In this document: positions 38,148 through 46,841 of the stretch, piece after piece
Layout of the letters: each line of letters begins with the position of its first letter
Numbering within the stretch: position 1 is the stretch's first letter
The notes under the pieces: generated by a model
What the model was told of the DNA's origin: nothing
What the model saw: the letters and a program-made list of their open reading frames with translations, nothing else
The model's database searches: none
DNA from: a virus
Taxonomy: Duplodnaviria; Caudoviricetes
Strand: one strand, 5' to 3'
IMG/VR virus record: IMGVR_UViG_3300027977_000033
Coordinates: 1,821-65,820 of that record
DNA: 64,000 bases
Program-made: the position numbers and the translations under genes

Positions 38148-38333
38148 TTAGCTCTTCTTTTCTATGTAAAGTCGGCCATCCTCCATCCAGAGGATATCGC
38201 CGTTCTCCAAAGTTTTTCCCCGCCGTATGATGACGGACTTCGGGCGGTAGGTGTAGGGTTTGCGAACCCGATACATACCGCACTGCCGTATGCCGTCCAT
38301 CGTGTTGCGTTTCATTCCAGTTGAATAGAACAT
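38148..38333 (-). CDS. Small hypothetical protein
   Basis: ORF with GCAGGT RBS-like sequence. Confidence 0.35.
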   Translation of the reverse strand: MFYSTGMKRNTMDGIRQCGMYRVRKPYTYRPKSVIIRRGKTLENGDILWMEDGRLYIEKKS

Positions 38334-38412
38334 ACTACCTGCTTTCTCCGCCTGTTAGCGGTGGCGAGGCAGGTGATGAGCCTGCCCCGCTGACCGATAA
38401 CCCTTGGTAGGA

Positions 38413-38853
38413 TTAGCTATTGAGTTCGATAGCGGGTGCCTGATTGGCCTTAATGATGGCCAGCACCTGATCGAGCTTGTCTTCAGGCAAGGATGCAAGG
38501 GCTTCCAGCATCTTGCTCTGATCGTTCTTCTTCTCCACCTTTTCCCTGGGGATTTTCGGAACGGAGAAGCGGATAACGCCCGACTTGAGCGAACCATCCG
38601 CCTTGCTTGTAGTCTCCACAATCTTCTCCAATACCAATCCGCTAGCGCGGAACTTCTCCAGCCCTGCAACTGCCTTTACATTCTCGGCGTTGCAATGGCG
38701 AGAGAACTCGGCACGATGCTCGGGTGAACCATAGACCAAGCCGTAGTGTTCAGAGTAACCTCTGAAATCCAATACCTTCTCGGTATTGGCGGTTGATGTT
38801 TTGTATTCACGGACGGACACCGCCCGATTGTTCTGTATGTTGATTAGTTTCAT
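38413..38853 (-). CDS. First gene of the early operon, hypothetical protein
   Basis: Strong TAAGGAG RBS; follows a long non-coding leader. Confidence 0.65.
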   Translation of the reverse strand: MKLINIQNNRAVSVREYKTSTANTEKVLDFRGYSEHYGLVYGSPEHRAEFSRHCNAENVKAVAGLEKFRASGLVLEKIVETTSKADGSLKSGVIRFSVPKIPREKVEKKNDQSKMLEALASLPEDKLDQVLAIIKANQAPAIELNS

Positions 38854-38869
38854 TTTCTATTCTCCTTAT

Positions 38870-39440
38870 TATGGGGTTGATTCTGCCCACCCTATCGGGC
38901 GAACAGATGACAACCCCCCACGAGTTAAGGCCTTCCCCGTTAGGGGTAAGAATCCTGCTCGCAAGGGGTTGTGGAGACTACCGAATCTTTGGAAGATATT
39001 ATGCTGGCCAAGCACCAAAGACTCTATTTGAATCGCATCCCGTTGGATGATCTTACTTGCCCACGCACCCTAGGTGACTTATGCACACGGACGCTCCTAC
39101 TCTCGACGAGGGAAAAGCCTAGGCCATCGCAAATGATGAGCGATGCCCTGCCCGCTTGATCGTGGGGCAATTTGGCCGTGGTAGCGGTTGCCCGCTTGAT
39201 TAGGCTCAAATCCTGAAGGCGTGAGAGCGAATTCTTGCAAGATGGGAGGGAGCACCCTTGTAGCATCTACTGAACCCTTGCGGGTAGCATCGGTGGCCGT
39301 TTGCTTTAGAGAGCGAGTTGCCTCGCCCATCCTATTCACCCATCGGAGGGAATCGCCTTGAAGGCACATTTCACCTAGTCACCTAGGTCATTCCTACTTC
39401 AAGCAGTCCAACCTCACGCTGATTTTCCAAAGAACTGAAA
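38870..39440 (-). ncRNA. Candidate large structured RNA or leader (~570 nt)
   Basis: No convincing ORF; on the - strand three GCAA-tetraloop hairpins, a CCCC-UAAC-GGGG hairpin and long-range complementary segments. Confidence 0.5.
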
Positions 39441-39487
39441 GATTGTGGGCAATAAGTTGAGGGAGATTCTTTGCCTAGTGTGCCTGG

Positions 39488-39980
39488 GTAAGTTGTTGAT
39501 TATTAAGGACTTACAAGGATAGTTAAGTGTAAGCCGTTGAAGGTCAAGGGGTTAGAGGGACTCCCTATCTCCACACCCCCGCTGGCGACCAGGAAGCTAT
39601 GATATATGGATGTGAAAAATTTAATTTATTTTTATCCCCTTTGGGCTAAAAACCCACCCTATTACACCCAAAACCGTAAAAACAAGCCCCAGGGTGGATT
39701 ATCTTGATCCACCCTAATATAATCAACCCACCCCCTAAGTCGTTGATTTTCTTCTGTAGTGGTGTATATGGTGGATTATATTTATAATATATAGTAGTGT
39801 ATAATAAAATATAAGTATGGGCACAGCCCCATTTGTTATATAGGTAGCTCTTTCAAAAAGGCCCTTTTAATCCACCATATACACCACGTCTCAAGTAAAT
39901 CAACGACTTACGTCGAAAAACCTAATCCACCCTCTTTTTCTTAATCCACCCCTTTTTGACCCTTGACTATCAAGGACTTA
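39488..39980. repeat. Cluster of TAAGTnnTTGA-N3-TCAAnnACTTA palindromic motifs
   Basis: Copies at 39488-39514, 39530-39554 and 39956-39980, half-sites at 39736-39749 and 39897-39910, one more copy at 38083-38107. Confidence 0.75.
39650..39955. other. Probable replication origin
   Basis: Perfect 20-bp inverted repeat (39759-39778 / 39868-39887) flanking a very AT-rich core; multiple ATCCACC iterons; downstream of the primase-helicase operon. Confidence 0.65.
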
Positions 39981-40186
39981 CGTTTTCGTCTTTTCGCCTT
40001 TGTAACTTCCTTAGGCTCAACAGCTTTCCAGATTTTGCAGTCTACATCCAGCTTTACGGACTCCTCCATGCAGAACCTATATATCTTCCATGACCAAGGA
40101 TCCCATCCGAACCATGGAGTCCTAGATGTAAGGTCTCCGATCCAATAGTATAGATATGACACTGCGAACTGGAATCTCTTGATCAC
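39941..40186 (-). CDS. Small hypothetical protein
   Basis: Motif LS..LYYWIGD..SR...W..Y...M..S..LD...IW seen in small phage proteins. Confidence 0.5.
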   Translation of the reverse strand: MIKRFQFAVSYLYYWIGDLTSRTPWFGWDPWSWKIYRFCMEESVKLDVDCKIWKAVEPKEVTKAKRRKRKSLIVKGQKGVD

Positions 40187-40239
40187 TTTTTCTTACATAC
40201 TCCTATCTGCATGCAATTCAAAGGCTTTAGCTTTGTTTT

Positions 40240-40519
40240 GCAAATTAGAAGGAAAACAGATGCTAGGTTTTTTACGCCTAGACCTAGGATTGAAGGGCAC
40301 AGACCGATTCATACTTGGTTAATAGCCTCCATTATCTGTCACTTTTTGACAGCTCCTCGCAAATTAGAAGGTGTTGTCACAAATTCTACATAGTTTTTGT
40401 GACGCTCGACATGCATACTTTTTCGCAAAAAGGCGACATATAACAGACCGATGTGCATAGATTGTCGGTTTACAGCGACATGACACAGACCGATTCATAC
40501 TTGGTTCACTGCCTCCATT
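40240..40519. repeat. Short direct and inverted repeat patch
   Basis: 36-bp repeat at 40298-40333 / 40484-40519 (33/36 identical); 13-bp repeat at 40240 / 40359. Confidence 0.7.
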
Positions 40520-40709
40520 CCAAACCGCTCGGTTCATATTGAAGGCTGGTTGAATAAGGAAGAGTTTCCAGTCCATATGTAAGTCTGGCTGGTATATGTT
40601 TTCATTTGCCCCGCACACTCCTGATCATTGACCCCTATATACCATTTTGGTACGAATCGTCTAGTGACATCCGCCCTCCCAGCCTTCCTAATTCTACTTG
40701 GCTGCTGGG

Positions 40710-41546
40710 TTATCGCTTTAGTAATGACCCGATCCAAGCCTTAACGCACTTGTCTATCTCACCGTACTTGCCCGGCTCAGTAAACCCCGAGCCTACCGAG
40801 TCGATCAGGTAGATCCCAAGGCAGTTCCTGATATCCCTGCTCTTGTGGATGAAGGAGCTGAGCTCCACCACCCTCCCCATTATGTCCTCCGTGCTATATG
40901 AAAAACTCGGAAGCAGACATTTTGTAATCGCAGCGAACACTCCGGGAGCCATCGTGTCGATATCGTTTTTGAACTCCTTCCACTCCACGAGAGTTTGGAT
41001 TGTAGAGCCCTTGGTGTAGAGCGTACCTATTGTCTGTGCCCCGATTGCTTTGATCAATTCGGCGAGGTCGTTGGCGTTGGGGTTCTGGCAAGAGAAGTAA
41101 TCGTAGTCTATGGATAGAATCCATTTGTTGTCGCTAAACACCGGCGTGGATAAATCCGTCACCACCGTCAGGGAAAGGTCCTTCGCATCCCCCAACGTAT
41201 TCCTCGGTGCATAATCTTCCTCTAAAAAGTAGAAGGGCACGGAGAGCGATGAGCCCAGTTTGATTCCCTGACCCGTCTTGCCAATCGAGAAGTTGTAAAC
41301 CCCGTCCATGAAATCCATCGAGCTACGATCCTTAATCCAAGTTACTCGGTCCACCAATCCTAGATCCACCATCTTCGATATAAAGTTGCCGATGTCTAGG
41401 TATCCGTTGAACATGGCCAAGTCGGAGTGGGCATCCACGTTCACAATCTCGAACGGGCCCTGAAGTCCGTCGTCCAGAACCTTCCAGAACAATTCGTCGT
41501 GTTCTTGGAGATGACACACCTTCGGGATAGAACCTGGGGTGGTCAC
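40710..41546 (-). CDS. UPF0489-family (arginase/deacetylase-like fold) protein
   Basis: EHDE..W, NVDAHSDL, IGNFI, ILSIDYDYFSCQNP motifs; GTG start at 41546 with GAGGAG RBS. Confidence 0.7.
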   Translation of the reverse strand: MTTPGSIPKVCHLQEHDELFWKVLDDGLQGPFEIVNVDAHSDLAMFNGYLDIGNFISKMVDLGLVDRVTWIKDRSSMDFMDGVYNFSIGKTGQGIKLGSSLSVPFYFLEEDYAPRNTLGDAKDLSLTVVTDLSTPVFSDNKWILSIDYDYFSCQNPNANDLAELIKAIGAQTIGTLYTKGSTIQTLVEWKEFKNDIDTMAPGVFAAITKCLLPSFSYSTEDIMGRVVELSSFIHKSRDIRNCLGIYLIDSVGSGFTEPGKYGEIDKCVKAWIGSLLKR

Positions 41547-41550
41547 GTGA

Positions 41551-43701
41551 CTAGTACTCCTCACGAGCCAGACTGATCTTCCAGATTGTAGTACCACGTA
41601 CAATCTTTCGTTTCAGCCTCTCGTCTGTTGATGAGAGGTTAGCCAACATTCTTCCAAGGGCTCGGGCCCCATGGATAAACATCTTCACGGAGTCGCGGAG
41701 ACTCGCGTCGTTCTGAAAACCCAACAGCAGTTCCGTCGCCGTGCCCGACCATTCGGTTTCGTCTGGGTGATCCTTGGCATACTGCTTTAGGTATAGGTCC
41801 AAGAATTCCGAGAACTCATGGGAGCCGGACGATGATCTGGATTCCTGTAATAGTATCGGATGATGGTAGGATTTCACACCGTACCGTTCCGATCCTTTTG
41901 TTTCCTGCGGAGCATTCCAGCTTACCAGCCATGCGGCGAAGTGGGGGATCTCTTTGTTGAGAGTAGCCCCCAAATCCGCATGACTTGGGAACTCGATGCC
42001 GTGATCTTTAAACTTAAACAAGCTGATCTTGTCGAGGATACTACCATCGGTGTGGGGAATCGCCTGAATGGATTCTGGATCGTCGTTGAGCGTATCGATG
42101 ATTCTCCCCATCCAATCCACGGTCTGCGCATCGTGGAACTTCCTGTGATACGCATGGCGAGTATTCGCTACACCCTTCTTGATCATCTGGCTGAACCGCT
42201 TGTGGGACTCCAGCGAGTTGGCGGAGGACGAGTCGTCGACGTTCCATACGGCTACTTCGAACAGCTCGGCGTTGAACGACGAACCATTGACGAGGTAATC
42301 CGATGCGTCGCTACCTCCCCCCATGAGGCTGGCGACAATGCGGGAACCGAAGAGAGTTTTACCTTTCCCGACAGGTCCCGCTATAAAGACCGCTTGTCCG
42401 GGTACGAGACGACCTTCAAGGGCAGAGCAGTAGAATCTCTTGAGCCACGCCATCAGGTAGATGAGGGAGTCATGCGGGTCTAGAGCCCTGTCTAGGAAGT
42501 TGGCTATCCATGGAAAGTTCTCTCCCCAAGCGTGGTTACCCTCCGCCGGCTGTACAAGCCGTAGGCGAGAGATGTTGAGCACCCTACGCCCATTCTGGAT
42601 CAGGACCTCTCTTGGGTCATAAAGACACGGTACAGGGGCATCTATGATGCGAGAATCGCGTATACGGCGCATTGCCTCATCCGCTTGGGATAGAGTACCC
42701 CGTAGATCGGGGGCTCCGGATAGCCCAAAAGAGCCTATGATATCCTGCTTGGCTACCCCAGACTCGGTAGACCTCCACTTACCTTCTAGGTCCCGACGCC
42801 AGTAATACTTGCCGTCAAACCAGAAACTGGAGATGGCACCACCGTACTGATCCTCTTGGAACTCCCGTACCCAGTTGGACCCGAATAGGTCTGCCCAGTT
42901 GTAGAAGCTACGCTCCTGCGAGAAGGCAACCATGCCCGTCTCGGTGACGATTGTCGCGGTTGGGTTTGAGTTGGCTGTAGCTTCGGGGCTCCAGAACGCT
43001 GGGCCGCGAGCTCCGACCTCAAACGGTCCCATCCACTTTCCTGGGTAGGTCGCTTGCAGTCTCTCGAATACTTTATCGAGTGGGATTGCCGCGTCACCTT
43101 CGCCACGATATTTGCGGGCTCGCTCTACTGCGATCCCCAAAAGATTATGGATTGCATTAACTTTGATCGGTGTTTCGCTGAAGGAGATCGCCGGTGGCAT
43201 CCAGCAGTAATATTGTTCGGGACGATTGATGTTGTCGTCGAGTCCGGGGAAAAGGTTTTTCGCATTGGTTTCTTTTATTAGTAGCCCGAGAAATTCTTTC
43301 ATCACCCCAGGGAGCAACGAGATTGGTTCCTCGAACATCCAGATGACGCGGCAGTTCCCGCTGACAGTGCGGTGCGCGAACATGGGTTTAAAACCCGTGC
43401 GTGTTCTACGTCCTAGCCCGTCGGTGATTTCTTCACGGGTCACGACTGCATCATAGTCGGCGATCAACCCGTGCATCTTCCACGGAGCATTTGTCTTGTT
43501 CACCCGACCGTGAGGATTGATTCCCTCGTAGGCGGAAACGAAGTGACCTTCGGTCGTGCTTAACGACACCCAGTCTTTGAATGCATCTTTGCCTTTTGGA
43601 AACTCTGGCCAAGTCTTGATCTCCCAAGGTTTGACTGGTGTGATGTTTCCGCTCGATAGGTTAGGGAGTGAGAAAAGAGTTGTTTTCATTTCTCGTAACA
43701 C
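41551..43701 (-). CDS. Primase-helicase (N-terminal primase-like, C-terminal DUF5906/SF3-like NTPase)
   Basis: ADYD...HRT.SG primase-like motifs; GPVGKGKT Walker A; follows the DNA polymerase. Confidence 0.8.
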   Translation of the reverse strand: MLREMKTTLFSLPNLSSGNITPVKPWEIKTWPEFPKGKDAFKDWVSLSTTEGHFVSAYEGINPHGRVNKTNAPWKMHGLIADYDAVVTREEITDGLGRRTRTGFKPMFAHRTVSGNCRVIWMFEEPISLLPGVMKEFLGLLIKETNAKNLFPGLDDNINRPEQYYCWMPPAISFSETPIKVNAIHNLLGIAVERARKYRGEGDAAIPLDKVFERLQATYPGKWMGPFEVGARGPAFWSPEATANSNPTATIVTETGMVAFSQERSFYNWADLFGSNWVREFQEDQYGGAISSFWFDGKYYWRRDLEGKWRSTESGVAKQDIIGSFGLSGAPDLRGTLSQADEAMRRIRDSRIIDAPVPCLYDPREVLIQNGRRVLNISRLRLVQPAEGNHAWGENFPWIANFLDRALDPHDSLIYLMAWLKRFYCSALEGRLVPGQAVFIAGPVGKGKTLFGSRIVASLMGGGSDASDYLVNGSSFNAELFEVAVWNVDDSSSANSLESHKRFSQMIKKGVANTRHAYHRKFHDAQTVDWMGRIIDTLNDDPESIQAIPHTDGSILDKISLFKFKDHGIEFPSHADLGATLNKEIPHFAAWLVSWNAPQETKGSERYGVKSYHHPILLQESRSSSGSHEFSEFLDLYLKQYAKDHPDETEWSGTATELLLGFQNDASLRDSVKMFIHGARALGRMLANLSSTDERLKRKIVRGTTIWKISLAREEY

Positions 43702-45449
43702 TCCGCTTCTTTGGATTCGCTACCAATGGGACAGCCCGGTAGCCATTCTGGTGTGGTACTCATAATGTGTTCTACGTCCTTACATTTCACGTCCTTATCG
43801 ACTTCAAGGATAACTTCGTCGTGGACGTGAAACAGAACACGAAGCCCTTGATTTTCGAGGCGCTGGACACATTCTGCGAATACATCCCTCGCCGTTGCCT
43901 GAACTAGATTCTCACACAGCCGTCCGCCGTAAAGAGGATATTTTGGTCCCCCCAATTCGAGCGAAGCTCTCCAGTCTGGTTTGCCATGTTTACCCATTTG
44001 GGGCGTGACATCCCAATACTTTTGTGCCCGACCCGATGGAAGTTCAACGTGATAGTCTTCGCCTTTGGATTCCCGAAGCCCTCGCTCCAGCTTGCTCCAT
44101 AGCTCCACCACTTTGAAATTTTTACGGCGGTAGTCATCTACCAAGTCCCTGCTCCTAGCCTCGGTGATTGTGAGGCCAGCCATGAGCTTGGCGATGAGAA
44201 CGAACTTCTTGGAACCGCAACCGTAGCCCAATCCCAAGACCTGTGCTTTGGCTAGGGCATAGAGATCCTTGGATTTCTTGAAGGTACCCTTCTCACCCTT
44301 CCACATCCCCGTCGAGATGGCGAAGGCTTCGTAGATGCCGTAGCCGTTCCTTACAGCCCCAAGGAGAGCCGTATTGCCAGCGAGCCATGCCAGTACCCTA
44401 GGTTCGATCTGGGACAGGTCTGAGATGATGAACTTCTTCCCCGCCCTAGGGATGAGACAAGCCCGTAGGTCTACCCCGAAGCATGGGTCCCTTGGTAGGT
44501 TCTGGAGGTTAAACTTGCTGTCCCCCGACCACCTACCGGTATGGGCACCAAAGTACTTTAGCCCGAAAGGCATAGTCCCGTCAGGACGCCGGCGACGATG
44601 GAGCATGTGCATTTTCTGCAATAGCATGTTGGCCTTACGCCAGTCCCGCATAGCCCCGACCCATGGGAACTTCTCGCCATAGGTTTCCTCCCATAGCTGA
44701 CAGCCAGGATCGTCTTCGGAAGTAGATGGTGGTACCTCGATGCCAGCCTCACGGCAAGCCTTGGCTAGCCCAGTCACGGATAGTACGTCGCTGGTGTAGT
44801 CCCCGTCGGTCTTCCATGGCATGTGCTCGATTGCCTTGATGCGAATCCAATCGAGGGCGTTCAGCCCCTTGTCGACCATCTCGGTGTTCACATTGATGCC
44901 ATGCCACCCAGCCTCGATGGTGTGCTTTGATAAAAATTTTTCCACAGCAGACATGCGATTACCGAAAGTCTCGTAGAGATCCAAGCAATGCTGAGCATCC
45001 TTCGCTGCGTAGAGCTTAAACTCCGTACCCTGCTCGGTATCCTTGACCTCGTTCCAAGTCTTGCCCTTCATAGCCGAGCGAGGATCTTTCGACATGTCTA
45101 CTCCGAGGAGTTGCTTAGAAGCCCCAGCTAAATTGCGAGGAGCGCCCATGTATGCAGATAAGTTGGCGGTGCAGAAGAATTCCCTTGGCCTAGCTTTGGT
45201 GATCCCCAGCTCGTGTAGACGCTCAACACAAGATCCGTCGAAAGCGTAGTTGTGCGCCACCCAGCGACCCCCCTCGATTTTGTCCCAAGGGGCCATTTTC
45301 GGGGGGCCTACAAAGTCCACCCCCGGCCCCTTGATTGCCACCATATAAATGTCCGCGTTTTGGTGGCGCAGGTAATGCCACGTCCCTAGCGTAGTGATAG
45401 ACGTTTCCTTATCGTAGTACGTTTCAAAATCTATTGCGTATGTGTTCAT
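43686..45449 (-). CDS. polA: Family A DNA polymerase with 3'-5' exonuclease
   Basis: IDFET ExoI, AHNYAFD ExoII, TGRWSG, DLSQIEPR motif A, KAQVLGLGYG motif B, HVHDE motif C; start MNTYAIDFET at 45449. Confidence 0.93.
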   Translation of the reverse strand: MNTYAIDFETYYDKETSITTLGTWHYLRHQNADIYMVAIKGPGVDFVGPPKMAPWDKIEGGRWVAHNYAFDGSCVERLHELGITKARPREFFCTANLSAYMGAPRNLAGASKQLLGVDMSKDPRSAMKGKTWNEVKDTEQGTEFKLYAAKDAQHCLDLYETFGNRMSAVEKFLSKHTIEAGWHGINVNTEMVDKGLNALDWIRIKAIEHMPWKTDGDYTSDVLSVTGLAKACREAGIEVPPSTSEDDPGCQLWEETYGEKFPWVGAMRDWRKANMLLQKMHMLHRRRRPDGTMPFGLKYFGAHTGRWSGDSKFNLQNLPRDPCFGVDLRACLIPRAGKKFIISDLSQIEPRVLAWLAGNTALLGAVRNGYGIYEAFAISTGMWKGEKGTFKKSKDLYALAKAQVLGLGYGCGSKKFVLIAKLMAGLTITEARSRDLVDDYRRKNFKVVELWSKLERGLRESKGEDYHVELPSGRAQKYWDVTPQMGKHGKPDWRASLELGGPKYPLYGGRLCENLVQATARDVFAECVQRLENQGLRVLFHVHDEVILEVDKDVKCKDVEHIMSTTPEWLPGCPIGSESKEAECYEK

Positions 45450-45736
45450 TTTATTTTGATGATCGTAATATGATCTTCTCCAATGATCGCTTTTGTCATC
45501 ACCTGTTCTATGAAGACCATGACTCCCAGACAAGCAGAAAGACCTTTCGTGTCTTCCCTGTCTGCTTTCTCTATTACTTTCCCTATCGCAACATGCGCCT
45601 TCACAAAATTGTCGATGCTCTCGATCGGGCCAAATTGCTGAACAATCTGCTTTGTGGCCTGAGCGGTCTCCTCGAGATTTGGGTCAGGGATTACTATGAG
45701 TTCTTTGGAGAGTTGGTCTGCTGATTTGTGGTACAT
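45446..45736 (-). CDS. Hypothetical protein
   Basis: Packed against the polA start. Confidence 0.5.
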   Translation of the reverse strand: MYHKSADQLSKELIVIPDPNLEETAQATKQIVQQFGPIESIDNFVKAHVAIGKVIEKADREDTKGLSACLGVMVFIEQVMTKAIIGEDHITIIKIK

Positions 45737-45744
45737 AAAATTTT

Positions 45745-45841
45745 GCCCGATTCATCTGTTCCGTCGTCGGGACCGCTACGGTAAAAGGTTGCCCCCTACT
45801 GATAGGGCTATGACTCCAGGGGGCACCGCAGATGATACGGC
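45745..45841 (-). ncRNA. Candidate ~97-nt multi-stem cis-regulatory RNA
   Basis: Closing stem TCATCTG/CAGATGA encloses GGTGCCCCCT/AGGGGGCAACC and two small hairpins; intergenic. Confidence 0.45.
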
Positions 45842-45867
45842 CACAATGAAGAGACATAACCCAAGTT

Positions 45868-46026
45868 TTATTTCTGCCAAAAAGTATTGCCTTGAGACAC
45901 GTGCCTCAATTCTTCTTCCTGCTTGATCTGTCGTATCCAACTATTTCTTTCAGCCTTTGTCCCTATGACGTAGCCGACGATTAAACCAATAGCTGTCGAA
46001 CCTAGACCAACCAAGATAAAAAGCAT
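45868..46026 (-). CDS. Small membrane protein (52 aa), absent from the ORF track
   Basis: MLFILVGLGSTAIGLIVGYVIGTKAERNSW...; starts right after the upstream stop. Confidence 0.5.
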   Translation of the reverse strand: MLFILVGLGSTAIGLIVGYVIGTKAERNSWIRQIKQEEELRHVSQGNTFWQK

Positions 46027-46027
46027 A

Positions 46028-46288
46028 CTAGTCCAGCGTTACGATGGCTGGGCCACCATCGAGAGAAGTTGCGATTTCGCTTTCGGCTGGCTTCTCGACA
46101 ATCGTACCGCCAAGTTTTTTGTTGGCGTCTTCCATGCCGAGTTCGAGAGCCTTCTGGACGTACGGCAACAAGAACATTGCCGCGGACTTCTCTTCGTTAC
46201 AAACGTTTTCGTCTTGGGACATGCGGATCTCAAAATCCATTCCCTTTCCCTCTTTGTCATACTTGCATTGAATCATTACTGATGTCAT
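46028..46288 (-). CDS. Hypothetical protein
   Basis: AAAGGT RBS, ATGA overlap. Confidence 0.5.
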   Translation of the reverse strand: MTSVMIQCKYDKEGKGMDFEIRMSQDENVCNEEKSAAMFLLPYVQKALELGMEDANKKLGGTIVEKPAESEIATSLDGGPAIVTLD

Positions 46289-46563
46289 TTGTTATTACCT
46301 TTCTTTTGTTTTACTGACTCCTTCAACCATTTTTCAAAATGTTTTTTATCCACGCCCTGCATACAGTGCAGAGCATAGAACCCCATGATAACTGCCATCA
46401 TGGTATGATCTTTTGATTTATTCAGATACTCTTGATCTGGATACATGAAGGTTACCGATTTGTCGGCGTTAAACCGCAAACCTGTCTCCTCCTGCGAGTC
46501 AATCGGCAAGACGTATAATCTCCCGCGTACGAGTAACTTTAATGTTTTAATTAGTTCCTTCAT
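46285..46563 (-). CDS. Hypothetical protein
   Basis: AAGGAG RBS, ATGA overlap. Confidence 0.5.
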   Translation of the reverse strand: MKELIKTLKLLVRGRLYVLPIDSQEETGLRFNADKSVTFMYPDQEYLNKSKDHTMMAVIMGFYALHCMQGVDKKHFEKWLKESVKQKKGNNK

Positions 46564-46841
46564 TTTTTTCTCTCCTTCTTTTTGGTTTTTGATGTTGGGC
46601 TTGGATTTTTTATTTGTCCAGCCTTTTCTTCTGCTGCCTGTCTTCGCTTCCTAGCGTGTTTTACTTCATTGCCGATAATGCCTCGGAAGCCGTCCCCGTA
46701 GTGCATACCTCGACGCTTGAAGAACTCATTCATACCTTTGTTAAATTTGGCTATCTCCACCATAGATAGTTCTCTGCTGTGACCAGATACACCCATTCTT
46801 ACGCTTTCACGTTTTTGAGAGGGCCCAAAGTCTTCGCTCAT
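46560..46841 (-). CDS. Hypothetical basic protein (start probably MSEDFG)
   Basis: ATGA overlaps. Confidence 0.45.
   Translation of the reverse strand: MSEDFGPSQKRESVRMGVSGHSRELSMVEIAKFNKGMNEFFKRRGMHYGDGFRGIIGNEVKHARKRRQAAEEKAGQIKNPSPTSKTKKKERKK

Noticed and set aside
39024-39369. ORFs 39024-39266 and 39097-39369 as genes
   Set aside because: Overlapping frames, no RBS and no recognisable motifs; the region is better explained by RNA structure
39470-39490. Sigma54 promoter (GGCAC) upstream of the early leader
   Set aside because: The -12 TTGC element is absent at the required spacing
40298-40519. 36-bp repeat pair as a mini CRISPR array
   Set aside because: Only two copies, 150 bp between them, and no cas operon; the DUF2800 nuclease is a standard replication-module gene
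45745-45841. SAM-I riboswitch (AUC/GAU stem, GCAACC, GGUGC)
   Set aside because: GGUGC precedes GCAACC, the reverse of SAM-I order, and the kink-turn/pseudoknot elements are missing; kept only as an unclassified RNA candidate
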